Part shown: piece after piece, positions 45,718 through 56,683 of the stretch
How the letters are laid out: every line of letters begins with the position of its first letter
Numbering within the stretch: position 1 is the first letter of the stretch
Origin: Oscillospiraceae bacterium
GTDB taxonomy: Bacteria; Bacillota; Clostridia; UBA1212; SIG427
Direction: 5' to 3'
Assembly: GCA_015069135.1 (NCBI GenBank)
Contig: SVJE01000006.1
Span: 19,643-83,642 of the forward strand
DNA length: 64,000 nt
Translations under genes and position numbers: made by a program
Notes under the pieces: generated by a model
Databases searched by the model: none
What the model was told of the DNA's origin: nothing
Seen by the model: only the letters and a program-made list of their open reading frames with translations

Positions 45718-47163
45718 ATGGCTGATAATAAAAATAAAGGAAAACAAGTTGAAGCAATTACTTCAATGGATCAGGATTTTGCCCAGTGGTATACAGACGT
45801 AGTTCTCCGTTCTGAATTGGTTGACTACTCATACGTAAGAGGTTGTATGATTTTAAGACCTTACGGATATGCAATCTGGGAGAATATACAGCACGGTTTG
45901 GACAAGATGTTTAAAGAGACAGGACATGAAAATGTTGCTATGCCTATGTTCATTCCTGAGAGCCTTTTACAGAAAGAAAAAGATCATGTTGAAGGTTTTG
46001 CTCCTGAAGTTGCATGGGTTACTCACGGTGGTACAGAGCCTTTGGCTGAAAAGCTTTGTGTAAGGCCTACATCTGAAACTTTGTTCTGTGATCACTATTC
46101 AAAAATTATCCAGTCATACAGAGATCTACCTAAGAAATATAACCAGTGGTGTTCTGTAGTTCGTTGGGAGAAGACCACACGTCCTTTCCTTCGTTCAGTA
46201 GAGTTCTGGTGGCAGGAAGGCCACACTGCTCATGCTACAGCAGAAGAGGCACAGGAAGAAACATTGCAGATGCTTGATGTATATGCTAAATTCTTTGAAG
46301 AAAAATTGGCTATTCCTGTAATCAAAGGCCGTAAGACTGATAAAGAGAAGTTTGCAGGTGCTGAAGCTACATATACAATTGAAGCTATGATGCATGACGG
46401 TAAGGCATTACAGTCAGGTACTTCTCATAACTTCGGTGATGGTTTTGCAAAAGCTTTTGATATCCAGTATACAGATAAGGAAAACAAACTTCAGTATGTT
46501 CATCAGACATCATGGGGTGTAAGTACAAGATCAATTGGTGCTTTGATTATGGTACATGGAGATGATAATGGTTTGGTGTTGCCGCCTTTCGTCGCACCAA
46601 TCCAGGTTGTTATTGTGCCTATTGCTGCTCATAAGCCTGGTGTTCTTGATAAAGCAAATGAAATGAAACAGACATTAGCTGAGAAGTTCCGTGTTAAACT
46701 GGATGATTCTGACAAGATGCCCGGTTGGAAGTTTGCGGAATACGAAATGAAAGGTGTGCCTCTCAGAATAGAGATTGGACCAAGGGATATGGAGAATAAC
46801 CAGTGCGTATGTGTTCGCAGAGACAACGGAGAAAAGACAATTGTTAATCTTGATAACCTTGAGGCAGAGGTTGAAAGACTTTTGCAGGCTGTAAGAGATG
46901 GTATGTATCAGAAAGCTCTGGAATCAAGAGAATCAAGAATTTATAGTGCCGTTGATTATGATGAGTTTAAAGATATGATTGCTAACAAGCCGGGCTTTGT
47001 TAAAGCAATGTGGTGTGGAGACGAAGCATGTGAGCTTAAGATAAAAGAGGATACAACTGCAACATCACGTTGTATGCCTTTTGAACAGGAGGAGATTTCC
47101 GGAACTTGTATCTGTTGCGGAAAGCCTGCAAAGAAAATGGTAGTTTGGGGTAAGGCTTATTAA
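45718..47163 (+). CDS. proS: Proline--tRNA ligase (archaeal/eukaryote-like short class IIa form)
   Basis: Class II motifs, anticodon-binding domain and C-terminal zinc-binding region [18 protein letters not shown]. 481 aa. Confidence 0.9.
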   Translation: MADNKNKGKQVEAITSMDQDFAQWYTDVVLRSELVDYSYVRGCMILRPYGYAIWENIQHGLDKMFKETGHENVAMPMFIPESLLQKEKDHVEGFAPEVAWVTHGGTEPLAEKLCVRPTSETLFCDHYSKIIQSYRDLPKKYNQWCSVVRWEKTTRPFLRSVEFWWQEGHTAHATAEEAQEETLQMLDVYAKFFEEKLAIPVIKGRKTDKEKFAGAEATYTIEAMMHDGKALQSGTSHNFGDGFAKAFDIQYTDKENKLQYVHQTSWGVSTRSIGALIMVHGDDNGLVLPPFVAPIQVVIVPIAAHKPGVLDKANEMKQTLAEKFRVKLDDSDKMPGWKFAEYEMKGVPLRIEIGPRDMENNQCVCVRRDNGEKTIVNLDNLEAEVERLLQAVRDGMYQKALESRESRIYSAVDYDEFKDMIANKPGFVKAMWCGDEACELKIKEDTTATSRCMPFEQEEISGTCICCGKPAKKMVVWGKAY

Positions 47164-47200
47164 TAAATATTTGCCGATAGGCAGAAAGGAACATTTAGTT

Positions 47201-49165
47201 ATGAAAAAGAGATTACTTTTTGCTGTTATTTCTTTGGTTGTATTATTAACAGCGACAATGGTGTTTACATCAACGGCTGCTGATTCTCCATTGGTGTCCA
47301 ACACAAATCTGGAGCTTGACGGGGAATATATTAAAAAGATACCGCTCAAGGCTACAGGCATCGAACTAAAGAAAAATTTCGTGTCAGAGGTAACCGGTAT
47401 TGCTGATAGCGATCTTGTGAAAACAGGCACAGGTGTTGTTTCCGGTGGAAACACCTGGTATCTGGTTGTTCTTGGTGACGTGAACGGTGACGGTAAATTA
47501 TCTACAATCGACTATATGAGCATCAAGAAATCAATTGATGGTTCTCGTCCTTTGGCAGGTGCCAATTATGAAGCTGCTGATTTAAATGGTGATGATAATT
47601 TAGGTGTAGCCGATTATATGAGACTTAAAGCAGCTTTCCAGGGTGATGATTTATATACTGGTATGTATATTACTCCCGGTTATGGAATTACTATTACTAA
47701 CAAAAATTCCGGTGGTAACGTTTATGAGGATAATGGCCTGTTGAAAGCTACAGTTAATAGTGGTTACCGCATTAAGTACATTACAGCAGACGGTTCAAAT
47801 ATTTATCTTACAGACGGTACTTATGATCTTAATAAAATCCGTGGTGCAAAAGTTGTTGCTGAATTTGAAGCTGTTCCAAGTGCAACTGCTTCAAACACAA
47901 CTCCTACTTCTGTAACAAATACATTTTACAATTCAGAAGCAGATGTATATGGCGTTAACTGGAGAAGTGTAGCTTCTGCATTACCAACACTTAAATATAT
48001 TGAAGCAGGTAATGTTTCTGCGGCTAATGCTGATTTTACTAACGCTAAGGTTGTTACCGGATATACAATGCTGGCTTCAGGATCCAATAAAAACACTGCC
48101 ACAATGGAAGACCTGGAATATGGTGTTAAATACTACTATATTGTAGGTGACGCTAAGACAAATAAATGGAGTGAAGTTTGTAGCATTACACCAAATGACC
48201 CTGATGACGGAAAGATTACATTCTTCCACATGTCTGATAGCCAGGATGCAACTAATCAGGGAACATTGTGGGCTATGGATCTTAAAGCGGCTTTTGGCGC
48301 ATACCCGGATGCTGATTTTATTGTACACACAGGTGATATAGTTCAGGAAGGTGGTATTGAATCTGACTGGACAAATATGTTAGGTAATGCGTCTGCATAT
48401 CTTAAGGACACTGTATTAGTTGGTGTTGCAGGTAACCACGAATATTGGCCTGATCTTATGTATGGCAACAGTGCTTGTACATATGCACATTTTAATGTTG
48501 CGTTACCTAATAAGCAGACTCCAGACTATGGTATGTACTATTCCTTTGATTATGGTAACGTTCATATTGCCGTTGTTAATACAGGTGACTCAGTTCTTAC
48601 ATCCGATGGTGCTTTGTCAGAAGCTCAGTACAACTGGTTGAGAGACGATATGACAGCTACCGACAAACAGTGGAAGATTATTGCTTTGCATAATCCATTA
48701 TACTCAGGTGGTAAATACGGCAGTGATGCATCATACAATGCAGTTGCTTTGGCCTTGAGAGCACAGCTTAGCGGATTGTTAGTAGCTTGTGACGTTGACC
48801 TTGTGCTTAACGGTCATGACCATGTATATTACATGACATATCCTATGGATGCATCAGGTGCAAGAATTACTACTACAACAAAAGAAACTATTGATGGTGT
48901 TGAATATCTTGTAAATCCTGCAGGCCCAATTCATTTACAGTCAGGTTGTGCAGGCGAGCAGGGTAGAGCTAACTTGCCGGCTGGTAGAAGAAATGCAATC
49001 AAGTATATTGATATGGCTGCATCTAATGGTGGTCAGAGAGTTTCTTATTCTGCAATTACTGTTGAAGGTAACAAACTCACAGTTAACTTCTACACAATTC
49101 CTACAACCGGAACTAACGCAGGACAGCAAACATTACAGCATTCATGGGGAATTATTAAGAAGTAA
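47201..49165 (+). CDS. Secreted purple-acid-phosphatase-like metallophosphoesterase with N-terminal dockerin
   Basis: Signal peptide. Dockerin GDVNGDGKLSTIDY...DLNGDDNLGVADY. PAP N-terminal FN3-like domain. Phosphoesterase blocks FHMSDSQD, HTGDIVQEG, GNHEY, GHDHVYY. Confidence 0.7.
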   Translation: MKKRLLFAVISLVVLLTATMVFTSTAADSPLVSNTNLELDGEYIKKIPLKATGIELKKNFVSEVTGIADSDLVKTGTGVVSGGNTWYLVVLGDVNGDGKLSTIDYMSIKKSIDGSRPLAGANYEAADLNGDDNLGVADYMRLKAAFQGDDLYTGMYITPGYGITITNKNSGGNVYEDNGLLKATVNSGYRIKYITADGSNIYLTDGTYDLNKIRGAKVVAEFEAVPSATASNTTPTSVTNTFYNSEADVYGVNWRSVASALPTLKYIEAGNVSAANADFTNAKVVTGYTMLASGSNKNTATMEDLEYGVKYYYIVGDAKTNKWSEVCSITPNDPDDGKITFFHMSDSQDATNQGTLWAMDLKAAFGAYPDADFIVHTGDIVQEGGIESDWTNMLGNASAYLKDTVLVGVAGNHEYWPDLMYGNSACTYAHFNVALPNKQTPDYGMYYSFDYGNVHIAVVNTGDSVLTSDGALSEAQYNWLRDDMTATDKQWKIIALHNPLYSGGKYGSDASYNAVALALRAQLSGLLVACDVDLVLNGHDHVYYMTYPMDASGARITTTTKETIDGVEYLVNPAGPIHLQSGCAGEQGRANLPAGRRNAIKYIDMAASNGGQRVSYSAITVEGNKLTVNFYTIPTTGTNAGQQTLQHSWGIIKK

Positions 49166-49177
49166 TTTCTCTAAAAC

Positions 49178-49222
49178 AAAATTTTAAATAACCGTTTCGT
49201 TTAGAAACGGTTATTTATTTTT
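49178..49222 (+). terminator. Rho-independent terminator
   Basis: AACCGTTTCG-ttta-GAAACGGTT followed by a T-rich run. Confidence 0.65.
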
Positions 49223-49243
49223 AGCTTTAAGAAAGGTTACATT

Positions 49244-51193
49244 ATGAAGAAGAATGTTTTTGTTTTATTTATAATATTACTGTTATCTGCTATGTCACTA
49301 TGTTCATTTGCAGCTACAAATTCTCCTTTGGTGTCAGATACGAATCTTATTTTGGATGGAGAATATATTAAGAGGATTCCCATTAATGCAACAGGTGCTG
49401 AATTCAAAGAGAATTTTACAGCTTCTGTTACCGGCATTAATGATAATGAAATTGTAAAAACAGGAATGGCGGTTGTAACTCCAAGCGGAACATTTTATCC
49501 GGTTATTAGGGGCGATGTTAACGGCGACGGAAGACTTTCTACTGTTGATTACATGCTTACAAAGAGAGCTATTGATGCATCGCGTCCATTAGAAGGCGCA
49601 TATTATAGAGCTGCTGATATTGATGAAAACGGTATCATTCAGGTGAAAGACTATATCAAACTTAAAAAAGTTTTTTTAGGCTTTGATTTGTATGGAGACA
49701 TGTATATTTTACCGGGAAAAAATATTGATTTGAAAATCCTGGGAGATGGTGGCCTCGTATATATTGAAGGTGATTTCCTCAAAGCTGAGTCAGAAAGCGG
49801 ATATCGAATTAAATATATTACAGCAGATGGTGTGAATGTATACCTTACAGACGGAAAGTTTGATATAAAGAATATGCGTGGAGTAGATATTGTAGCTGAG
49901 TTTGAGACCGTCCCTGATGCTGACGCAGCAAACACAAAACCAACAACTATAATAAATACATTTTATAACTCTGATGCGGATGTTTATGGTGTTAACTGGC
50001 GTTCTGTTGAGTCTGCAAGACCTACACTTAAATATGTGGAAGCGGGCAATGAGACTCCGGAAAATGCTGATTTTAGTCAGGCAAGTATAGTTACAGGCTA
50101 TACAACCATTATGTCAGGGTGCTGTAAGAATACTGCCACCATGGATGATCTTGAAGTTGGAGTTAAGTACTATTACATTGTTGGTGATGAGGTTACTGAC
50201 ACATGGAGTGATGTTTGCAGTATTACTCCGGCAGATCAGAATGATGGAAAAATAACTTTCTTCCATATGTCAGATACCCAGGACTATACAAATCACGGTG
50301 CGTACTGGAATATTGCTCTTGAAAAAGCTTATTCAACATATCCGGATGCGGATTTTACTATTAATACGGGTGATATTGTTCATTATGGTGGCTTGGAAAG
50401 CGAATGGACTCAGATGTTTAACAGTGTATCAAAGTATACACATAATAATGTGTTGGTTGGAGTTGCAGGTAACCACGAATATTGGGATTCATATTTGTAC
50501 GGAAATTTGAATTGTACATACGCTCACTTTAATATCGGACTTCCTGATAACCAGACTACACAGCACGGAATGTATCACTCTTTTGATTATGGCAATATAC
50601 ATTTTGCCGTTGTAAATACGGGAGATACGGTTACTAACAATGATGTTCTTTCAGAGGCACAGGTTGAGTGGTTAAGAAAAGACTTGTTGGCTTCCGATGC
50701 ACAGTGGAAGATAGTTGCAATGCATAATCCTATGTACTCCGGTGGACGATATGGTACACAAATAGGTTACAGAGAAACAGCATATGCATTAAGAGCTCAG
50801 TTACACGATATGATGGTAAAATACGATGTTGACTTAGTGCTTAATGGACATGATCATGTATATTATTTATCATATCCGATTGGTACAGGTGGCACTGTAG
50901 ACAGGAAATATACCAAGGAAACTATCGGAGGTATAGAGTATATTGTAAATCCTACAGGAATTGTACATCTGCATTCCGGATGTGCCGGAGAGCAGGGTAG
51001 AGCTGCTCAGCCTGCAGGTAGAGCTACTGCTATAAAGCAATTGTCAATTACTCCTGCACAAATGGTTTCATATTCTGCAATTACGGTTGAAGATAACAAA
51101 CTTACCATTAATTTCTATACTGTACCTACTACAGAGGAAAATATGGGTGAGACACAGACATTGGAACACTCATACGGAATAATTAAGAAATAA
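49244..51193 (+). CDS. Secreted purple-acid-phosphatase-like metallophosphoesterase with N-terminal dockerin (tandem paralog)
   Basis: Same architecture as 47201-49165. Dockerin GDVNGDGRLSTVDY...DIDENGIIQVKDY. Blocks FHMSDTQD, NTGDIVHYGG, GNHEY, GHDHVYY. Collinear with its neighbour. Confidence 0.7.
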   Translation: MKKNVFVLFIILLLSAMSLCSFAATNSPLVSDTNLILDGEYIKRIPINATGAEFKENFTASVTGINDNEIVKTGMAVVTPSGTFYPVIRGDVNGDGRLSTVDYMLTKRAIDASRPLEGAYYRAADIDENGIIQVKDYIKLKKVFLGFDLYGDMYILPGKNIDLKILGDGGLVYIEGDFLKAESESGYRIKYITADGVNVYLTDGKFDIKNMRGVDIVAEFETVPDADAANTKPTTIINTFYNSDADVYGVNWRSVESARPTLKYVEAGNETPENADFSQASIVTGYTTIMSGCCKNTATMDDLEVGVKYYYIVGDEVTDTWSDVCSITPADQNDGKITFFHMSDTQDYTNHGAYWNIALEKAYSTYPDADFTINTGDIVHYGGLESEWTQMFNSVSKYTHNNVLVGVAGNHEYWDSYLYGNLNCTYAHFNIGLPDNQTTQHGMYHSFDYGNIHFAVVNTGDTVTNNDVLSEAQVEWLRKDLLASDAQWKIVAMHNPMYSGGRYGTQIGYRETAYALRAQLHDMMVKYDVDLVLNGHDHVYYLSYPIGTGGTVDRKYTKETIGGIEYIVNPTGIVHLHSGCAGEQGRAAQPAGRATAIKQLSITPAQMVSYSAITVEDNKLTINFYTVPTTEENMGETQTLEHSYGIIKK

Positions 51194-51204
51194 TGATAAA
51201 GATA

Positions 51205-51253
51205 CAAAATAACCCCCGACAGACTTCAAAATCTGTCGGGGGTTGTTTCGTTT
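51205..51253. terminator. Bidirectional terminator
   Basis: CCCCCGACAGA-cttcaaaa-TCTGTCGGGGG flanked by A-rich and T-rich runs. Confidence 0.7.
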
Positions 51254-51264
51254 AAAACCAAGAA

Positions 51265-52875
51265 TTACATCTTAATCATAGATTCATCCCAGTTGTCATT
51301 TTTCTCAACACCAAGTAAATCTGCAACAGTAGCTGCAATGTTGGAAAGACCGAATGTGCCTTCTTTAACAGTGTAGCTTGTTTTGTTTTCTGTGTTGTCG
51401 TAGAAGTAGCAAGGAACCGGATTCAATGTATGTGAAGTTTTAGCCTTAGGACTTCCGTCTTCGTTATACTTAATCTGACCTTTCTTAACTTCGTACATTT
51501 CATCTGCATTACCGTGGTCAGCAGTAATCATAGCCATACCACCTAAAGCGTCGATAACAGGCAGGATACGTGCCAGACACAAGTCAACAGTTTCAACAGC
51601 AATAACAGCTGCCTGCATATTACCTGTGTGACCAACCATGTCGCCGTTTGCCAAGTTAATACGAGCATATTTGTATTTGCCTGTTTTAAGTTCTTCAATT
51701 AAAGCATCTGTAGCTTCTGCAGCTTTCATCCAAGGTCTCTGCTCAAAAGGAACTACATCAGAAGGAACTTCGATATATGTCTCAAGCTCTTCATTGAACT
51801 TACCGCTCTTGTTACCGTTCCAGAAATATGTTACATGACCGAATTTCTGTGTTTCAGCAACTGCCAACTGAGCCATGCCTTTACTTGCAAGCAATTCACC
51901 TAATGTGTTTTTAATTGAAGGTGGGTTAACCAAGAAGCGGGAAGGAATGTGAAGGTCACCGTCATACTGAAGCATACCTGCGTAGCAAACCTTAGGGAAG
52001 TACTTTCTGTTGAAAGTATTAAGGTCTGCATCTTCAAATGCACGGCTGATTTCCTGAGCTCTGTCACCTCTAAAGTTGAAGAATATAACACTGTCATTGT
52101 CGACTATTTTACCAACAGGACCATTGTCGTCAGCAATGACAAAAGCAGGAAGATCCTGGTCAATTACACCTGTTTCAGCTCTGTAAGTTTCAATAGCATC
52201 TTTAGCAGAAGCAAATGTTCTTCCTTCACCCATAACATGAGTATTCCAACCTCTTTCAACCATGGACCAGTCAGCTTCGTATCTGTCCATTGTGATGTTC
52301 ATTCTACCACCACCACTGGCAATCTTAACATCAAAACTGTCGTCCCTTACGGAAGATAAGAACTCCTCAAAAGGATTTACATATTCAAGGGCAGATGTTT
52401 CACCAACATCACGACCGTCTAAAAGAATATGAATTCTTACTTTGCTTACACCTTCAACCTTAGCTTGAGAAATCATAGCCTTAAGGTGATTTATATGAGA
52501 ATGTACATTACCGTCAGAGAAAAGTCCCATAAAGTGAAGGGTAGAGTTGTTGGCTTTTACATTTTCGATAATTTCTCTCCAGCCGGAAGCCTTGTACATA
52601 TCGCCGCTTTCGATGGATTCGTTAACTAATTTAGCACCCTGGCTGTAAACAGCACCAGCACCTATAGCATTGTGACCTACCTCTGAGTTACCCATATCGT
52701 CATCAGAAGGAAGACCTACTGCTGTACCGTGAGCTTTAAGAGGAATCATAGGATATTTTTCAGCCAGCATGTCCATAACGGGAGTTCTGGCAATAGCAAC
52801 GGCATTTCCGTCAACTGTTTTGTTGATACCGATACCGTCCATAACAATAGTTACTATTGGTCCGTTGTATTTCAT
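51265..52875 (-). CDS. gpmI: 2,3-bisphosphoglycerate-independent phosphoglycerate mutase
   Basis: MKYNGPIVTIVMDGIGI N-terminus and metalloenzyme blocks (SDGNVHSH, ADHGN). Start at ATG 52875 behind an AAAGGA RBS. The upstream ATG lies inside the RBS. Confidence 0.9.
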   Translation of the reverse strand: MKYNGPIVTIVMDGIGINKTVDGNAVAIARTPVMDMLAEKYPMIPLKAHGTAVGLPSDDDMGNSEVGHNAIGAGAVYSQGAKLVNESIESGDMYKASGWREIIENVKANNSTLHFMGLFSDGNVHSHINHLKAMISQAKVEGVSKVRIHILLDGRDVGETSALEYVNPFEEFLSSVRDDSFDVKIASGGGRMNITMDRYEADWSMVERGWNTHVMGEGRTFASAKDAIETYRAETGVIDQDLPAFVIADDNGPVGKIVDNDSVIFFNFRGDRAQEISRAFEDADLNTFNRKYFPKVCYAGMLQYDGDLHIPSRFLVNPPSIKNTLGELLASKGMAQLAVAETQKFGHVTYFWNGNKSGKFNEELETYIEVPSDVVPFEQRPWMKAAEATDALIEELKTGKYKYARINLANGDMVGHTGNMQAAVIAVETVDLCLARILPVIDALGGMAMITADHGNADEMYEVKKGQIKYNEDGSPKAKTSHTLNPVPCYFYDNTENKTSYTVKEGTFGLSNIAATVADLLGVEKNDNWDESMIKM

Positions 52876-52937
52876 AGTTGAATTTCCTTTCAATTAAGTA
52901 TTTTTATCTAACCTTGAATATTCTACTATAATTTTCA

Positions 52938-52981
52938 CCAAAAGAAAAGCGGTACATTCCTGTAAAAAGAATATACCGCTG
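52938..52981 (-). terminator. Terminator after minus-strand SGNH hydrolase gene
   Basis: Minus strand AGCGGTATATTC...GAATGTACCGCT followed by TTTTCTTTT. Confidence 0.6.
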
Positions 52982-52988
52982 TAAAAAA

Positions 52989-53645
52989 TTATTTAAGTTT
53001 TAATGAAATTCCCAAAGCTTTGAAAAAGGCTTTTGCAATCAAGACACAACCCGTTCCGGAGGGATGGATTCTGTCCCATGTGATATATGAAGAATGTCTT
53101 ACCTTAAGGTAGTCATCAAAAACCTTCTGAAGATCTACAAACTTTGTGCCATACTTTTCAGCAAGCTCTTTGCAGATAGCTCCGTATTCGTCCATTCTTG
53201 CTCGCATCATGTCTTTCTTAAGAGGTTCCATGTAGTAAGGACTCATAACAACAATGTCCTTTTTAACAGCCTTTTTTGCAGACTCAAGCATATAGTCAAG
53301 ATTTTCCCTGTATTCTTCCGGTGATACATGGTCATAGGTAAGGGAAGGTTCATCGAACTGGCGCCATACGTCGTTTATGCCAATACATACACAAAGATAG
53401 TCAGGCTTAAAGTTAAGCATATCTCTTTCCCAACGCTCTCTTAAATGTCTTGTGGTGTTTCCGGAACAACCTGTGTTGGAAATTCTTAAATTAAGCTCAG
53501 GATAAAAAGCATTTAATAAGCTGTCAATATATCTTACAAAACCATTACCTACACCTTGCCACAAACCTTCTCCTATAGGGTGTTTTCTGTCTGCATCAGT
53601 AACAGAATCGCCGGTGAAAAGGATAAAATCGTTCTTTTCAAATAA
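52989..53645 (-). CDS. SGNH/GDSL family hydrolase
   Basis: FTGDSVTDA block I, GIND block III, C-terminal DRIHPS. GGAGG RBS. Confidence 0.6.
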   Translation of the reverse strand, partial: LFEKNDFILFTGDSVTDADRKHPIGEGLWQGVGNGFVRYIDSLLNAFYPELNLRISNTGCSGNTTRHLRERWERDMLNFKPDYLCVCIGINDVWRQFDEPSLTYDHVSPEEYRENLDYMLESAKKAVKKDIVVMSPYYMEPLKKDMMRARMDEYGAICKELAEKYGTKFVDLQKVFDDYLKVRHSSYITWDRIHPSGTGCVLIAKAFFKALGISLKLK

Positions 53646-53740
53646 CATTATAATGACCTCCAAAATCAAATTACAGATATTATAGCATAAATTGACAAAC
53701 TGTGCATATTATTTTACCAGCAAAAAAAGGGGGTACCTTT

Positions 53741-55219
53741 ATGGAAAACTATAACGTGTATAAAGACATACAGACCCGTACGGGAGGCCAGATTTACGTA
53801 GGAGTTGTAGGCCCTGTAAGAACGGGAAAATCAAGTTTTATCAAAAGATTTATGGAGCTGTTGGTGCTGCCAAATATTGCCGACAGTTATGAAAAAGAGA
53901 GGGCTACGGATGAGCTTCCTCAGAGTGCAGCAGGAAGAACCATAATGACCACAGAACCTAAATTTGTACCTAATGAGGCAGTTAAAATTTCTGTGGGAGA
54001 AAATATTTCTCTTAAGGTAAGATTGGTGGATTGTGTAGGATATCTTATTGATAATGTACGGGGTCACATGGAAGATGATATGCCAAGAATGGTAGCAACA
54101 CCTTGGAATGAGGATAAAATTCCTTTCCAACAGGCGGCTGAAATCGGTACTGATAAGGTTATAAAAGAACATTCTACAATTGGTGTTGTGGTTACTACTG
54201 ACGGAAGCATTACAGATATAGGAAGAGGCGACTACATAAGTGCAGAAGAAAAAATTATTCAAGAAATGAAAATTTCAGGAAAGCCTTTTACCATTATCCT
54301 TAACAGTATAAATCCTAAAGGGGAGGAAGCTTTAAAACTGGCCGCAGAATTAGAAGAAAAATACTGTGTTCCCGTGACGCCTATGAATTGTGTAACCATG
54401 GGAATGGAAGATTTGTCAAAAGCTATGGAATCTGTTCTTTATGAATTCCCGGTAAGAGAAATTGGAATTAATATTCCTGAGTGGGTTTCTGTTTTGGGCA
54501 ATGATGAAGATGTAAAAACTGAACTTATTTCTTCTGTAAAAGACATTTTTGATGGTTTATCCAGACTTAGTGATGTTAAATGTTGTGCAGAAAAACTACA
54601 GCAATTGGAATACATAAAAGCAACACATATTGAAAGTGTTGATGCAGGTACAGGAAGCGCCCTTATATCTCTTGATATGCCGGATAAATTGTTTTTTACA
54701 GTGTTGTCCGAGCGGTCAGGACTGGATATAAGTGACAACAGAACATTGGTTACAATGATTAAGGATTTAGGAAGAATCAAAAGAGAACATGAAAGACTGG
54801 AAGCTGCACTTAAAGAAGTAGAGATGAAAGGTTATGGTATTGTAATGCCTGAACCAGAAGATATGACATTAGAAAAACCTGAAATAGTTAAACAGGGAAA
54901 TCGTTTTGGTGTAAGACTTAAAGCCAGTGCACCTTCCATACACATGATAAGAGCCAATATTGAAACTGAGATTTCTCCTTTCGTGGGCACAGAAAAACAG
55001 TCTGAAGAACTGGTGGATTATATCTTAAGTGAGTTTGAAGAAGAACCGGAAAAAATGTGGAACTCAAATCTTTTCGGAAAACCTCTTAATGAGTTGATGG
55101 GCGAGGGATTACAAAGTAAATTGGGACGTATTCCCGATGAAGAAAGGGTTAAAATACAAGAGACCCTGCAACGTGTCATTAATGACGGTGGCAATGGTCT
55201 CATATGTATTATCCTTTAA
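53741..55219 (+). CDS. spoIVA: Stage IV sporulation protein A (spore coat basement-layer ATPase)
   Basis: MENYNVYKDIQTRTGGQIYVGVVGPVRTGKSSFIKRFME is the highly conserved N-terminal Walker A region. About 492 aa. Confidence 0.9.
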   Translation: MENYNVYKDIQTRTGGQIYVGVVGPVRTGKSSFIKRFMELLVLPNIADSYEKERATDELPQSAAGRTIMTTEPKFVPNEAVKISVGENISLKVRLVDCVGYLIDNVRGHMEDDMPRMVATPWNEDKIPFQQAAEIGTDKVIKEHSTIGVVVTTDGSITDIGRGDYISAEEKIIQEMKISGKPFTIILNSINPKGEEALKLAAELEEKYCVPVTPMNCVTMGMEDLSKAMESVLYEFPVREIGINIPEWVSVLGNDEDVKTELISSVKDIFDGLSRLSDVKCCAEKLQQLEYIKATHIESVDAGTGSALISLDMPDKLFFTVLSERSGLDISDNRTLVTMIKDLGRIKREHERLEAALKEVEMKGYGIVMPEPEDMTLEKPEIVKQGNRFGVRLKASAPSIHMIRANIETEISPFVGTEKQSEELVDYILSEFEEEPEKMWNSNLFGKPLNELMGEGLQSKLGRIPDEERVKIQETLQRVINDGGNGLICIIL

Positions 55220-56597
55220 ACTTCAGTTTTATTGCTGCAACCACAATTATTAAAAAAGAAACAACCAACATAAATATTGCAATAAAAGTCTTTTTACCGG
55301 TAGCTTCCTCCGGACTTCTGGGATTGTCTTCGGAAGTAACGGGGGGAGTCGGTTCTTCTGTAGGTAATGGCTCCGGTGTAGGGTCGGGATAGGGAGTTAT
55401 ATTTTCCATAAAATCGTTTTTACCTGTATCGTAACCGACTGTTGTTTTGTAAAGTCCGTAATTACAAGGTGAATATTTTGTGATATCGGATGCCTTGTTG
55501 ATACCATCACCTTTAAGCCATTTAGTGAACCAGGTCCAGTGCTGGGAATCATGACAGGCATAGCCAAGCTTTGATACCTCATAAGCAGTCTTGTTACCGA
55601 ATGAAGACAGTGGCTGATCCCAGTTCATGGTGATTTTATTTTCAGACCATAAGTGAATATATGTTTTTGGTACTTTCCATGCAGACATTTCCAATGCCTT
55701 TTGTAGAGACCAAGTGTTAGCCATATGAGCTCCATGATGGTATTCACCCTCTGTATCATGGGCGATTATAACCTGTGGTTTAAATCTTTCCAGCATTTCC
55801 ACCTGAAAATCAAGGAGTTTCTGTTCTCCGAAAATTTCAACAGAGCGTTTCAGCGTGTTTTCAACGGCCTCTCCACCTTTGCTTAAAGTGTCTGCGTCAT
55901 CAGGAAAAGGTCCTACAACGGGATAGTTTTTTACACCTACTGCCCAAAGACCATTGATTTGTTCGTGGGGTCTGTTGATTGTGTCCCAGTGATTTGTCAT
56001 ATAAACAACCTGAACCTTCAGCTTTCTTTCTGCTGCATAGGTTGGAAGAATGCCTGCAAAGAAAAGATGCTCATCATCTGAATGGGTAGAAAGAAGCATT
56101 AAGTCAGCTTTTTCACAGGGAGGGCTCCAGGTTTGCACCCAACCCGGCAGTTCACCTTCTGTAAAAACATATATTGAACAAATTTTACTGGTTATTTCCG
56201 GTAAAATTATTGTTATTTCAGTAGACGGGTTTTCTATGGCTACATATTCGTGGAGAAAACCGTTTTTACCACAGAGTTGAGTGATTTCTCCGGAAACTAA
56301 ACTCCATTCACCATAAATTTTTTGCCATATTACATAAATACCGGTAAGCTTTTCAGTGTGACTTATTGTTATTTTTTCTCCCGGGGAAAATTCTGTGGCA
56401 GTGTATGAATATCTTCCGTTGGGATTTTCTTCTTCAACAGGATTCTCATCTGTAAGAAGAGAAAGGTCTTTTGAACCGGAAGTGATTTTTGCAAGAGAGG
56501 TTACTTCTTCTCCGTTAACCTGAAAAGGGAGCGCTGCCATTAAAGTCAGTAATATTGTCAGTATGGCGATAACATAAATAAATGTTTTTATTTTCAT
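55209..56597 (-). CDS. PIG-L/LmbE family deacetylase, secreted with C-terminal membrane anchor
   Basis: Signal peptide. LLSTHSDDEHLF (HxDDE-like). Pro/Thr/Glu-rich linker. C-terminal TM FIAIFMLVVSFLIIVVAAI. Confidence 0.5.
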   Translation of the reverse strand: MKIKTFIYVIAILTILLTLMAALPFQVNGEEVTSLAKITSGSKDLSLLTDENPVEEENPNGRYSYTATEFSPGEKITISHTEKLTGIYVIWQKIYGEWSLVSGEITQLCGKNGFLHEYVAIENPSTEITIILPEITSKICSIYVFTEGELPGWVQTWSPPCEKADLMLLSTHSDDEHLFFAGILPTYAAERKLKVQVVYMTNHWDTINRPHEQINGLWAVGVKNYPVVGPFPDDADTLSKGGEAVENTLKRSVEIFGEQKLLDFQVEMLERFKPQVIIAHDTEGEYHHGAHMANTWSLQKALEMSAWKVPKTYIHLWSENKITMNWDQPLSSFGNKTAYEVSKLGYACHDSQHWTWFTKWLKGDGINKASDITKYSPCNYGLYKTTVGYDTGKNDFMENITPYPDPTPEPLPTEEPTPPVTSEDNPRSPEEATGKKTFIAIFMLVVSFLIIVVAAIKLKFKG

Positions 56598-56683
56598 TGG
56601 TAAAATTCTCCTTCCTTTCTAACAGTATAACAAAAAAATTCCTATTTGCCCATGAGTTTTTTATATGGTAAAATTCTAGTGTT

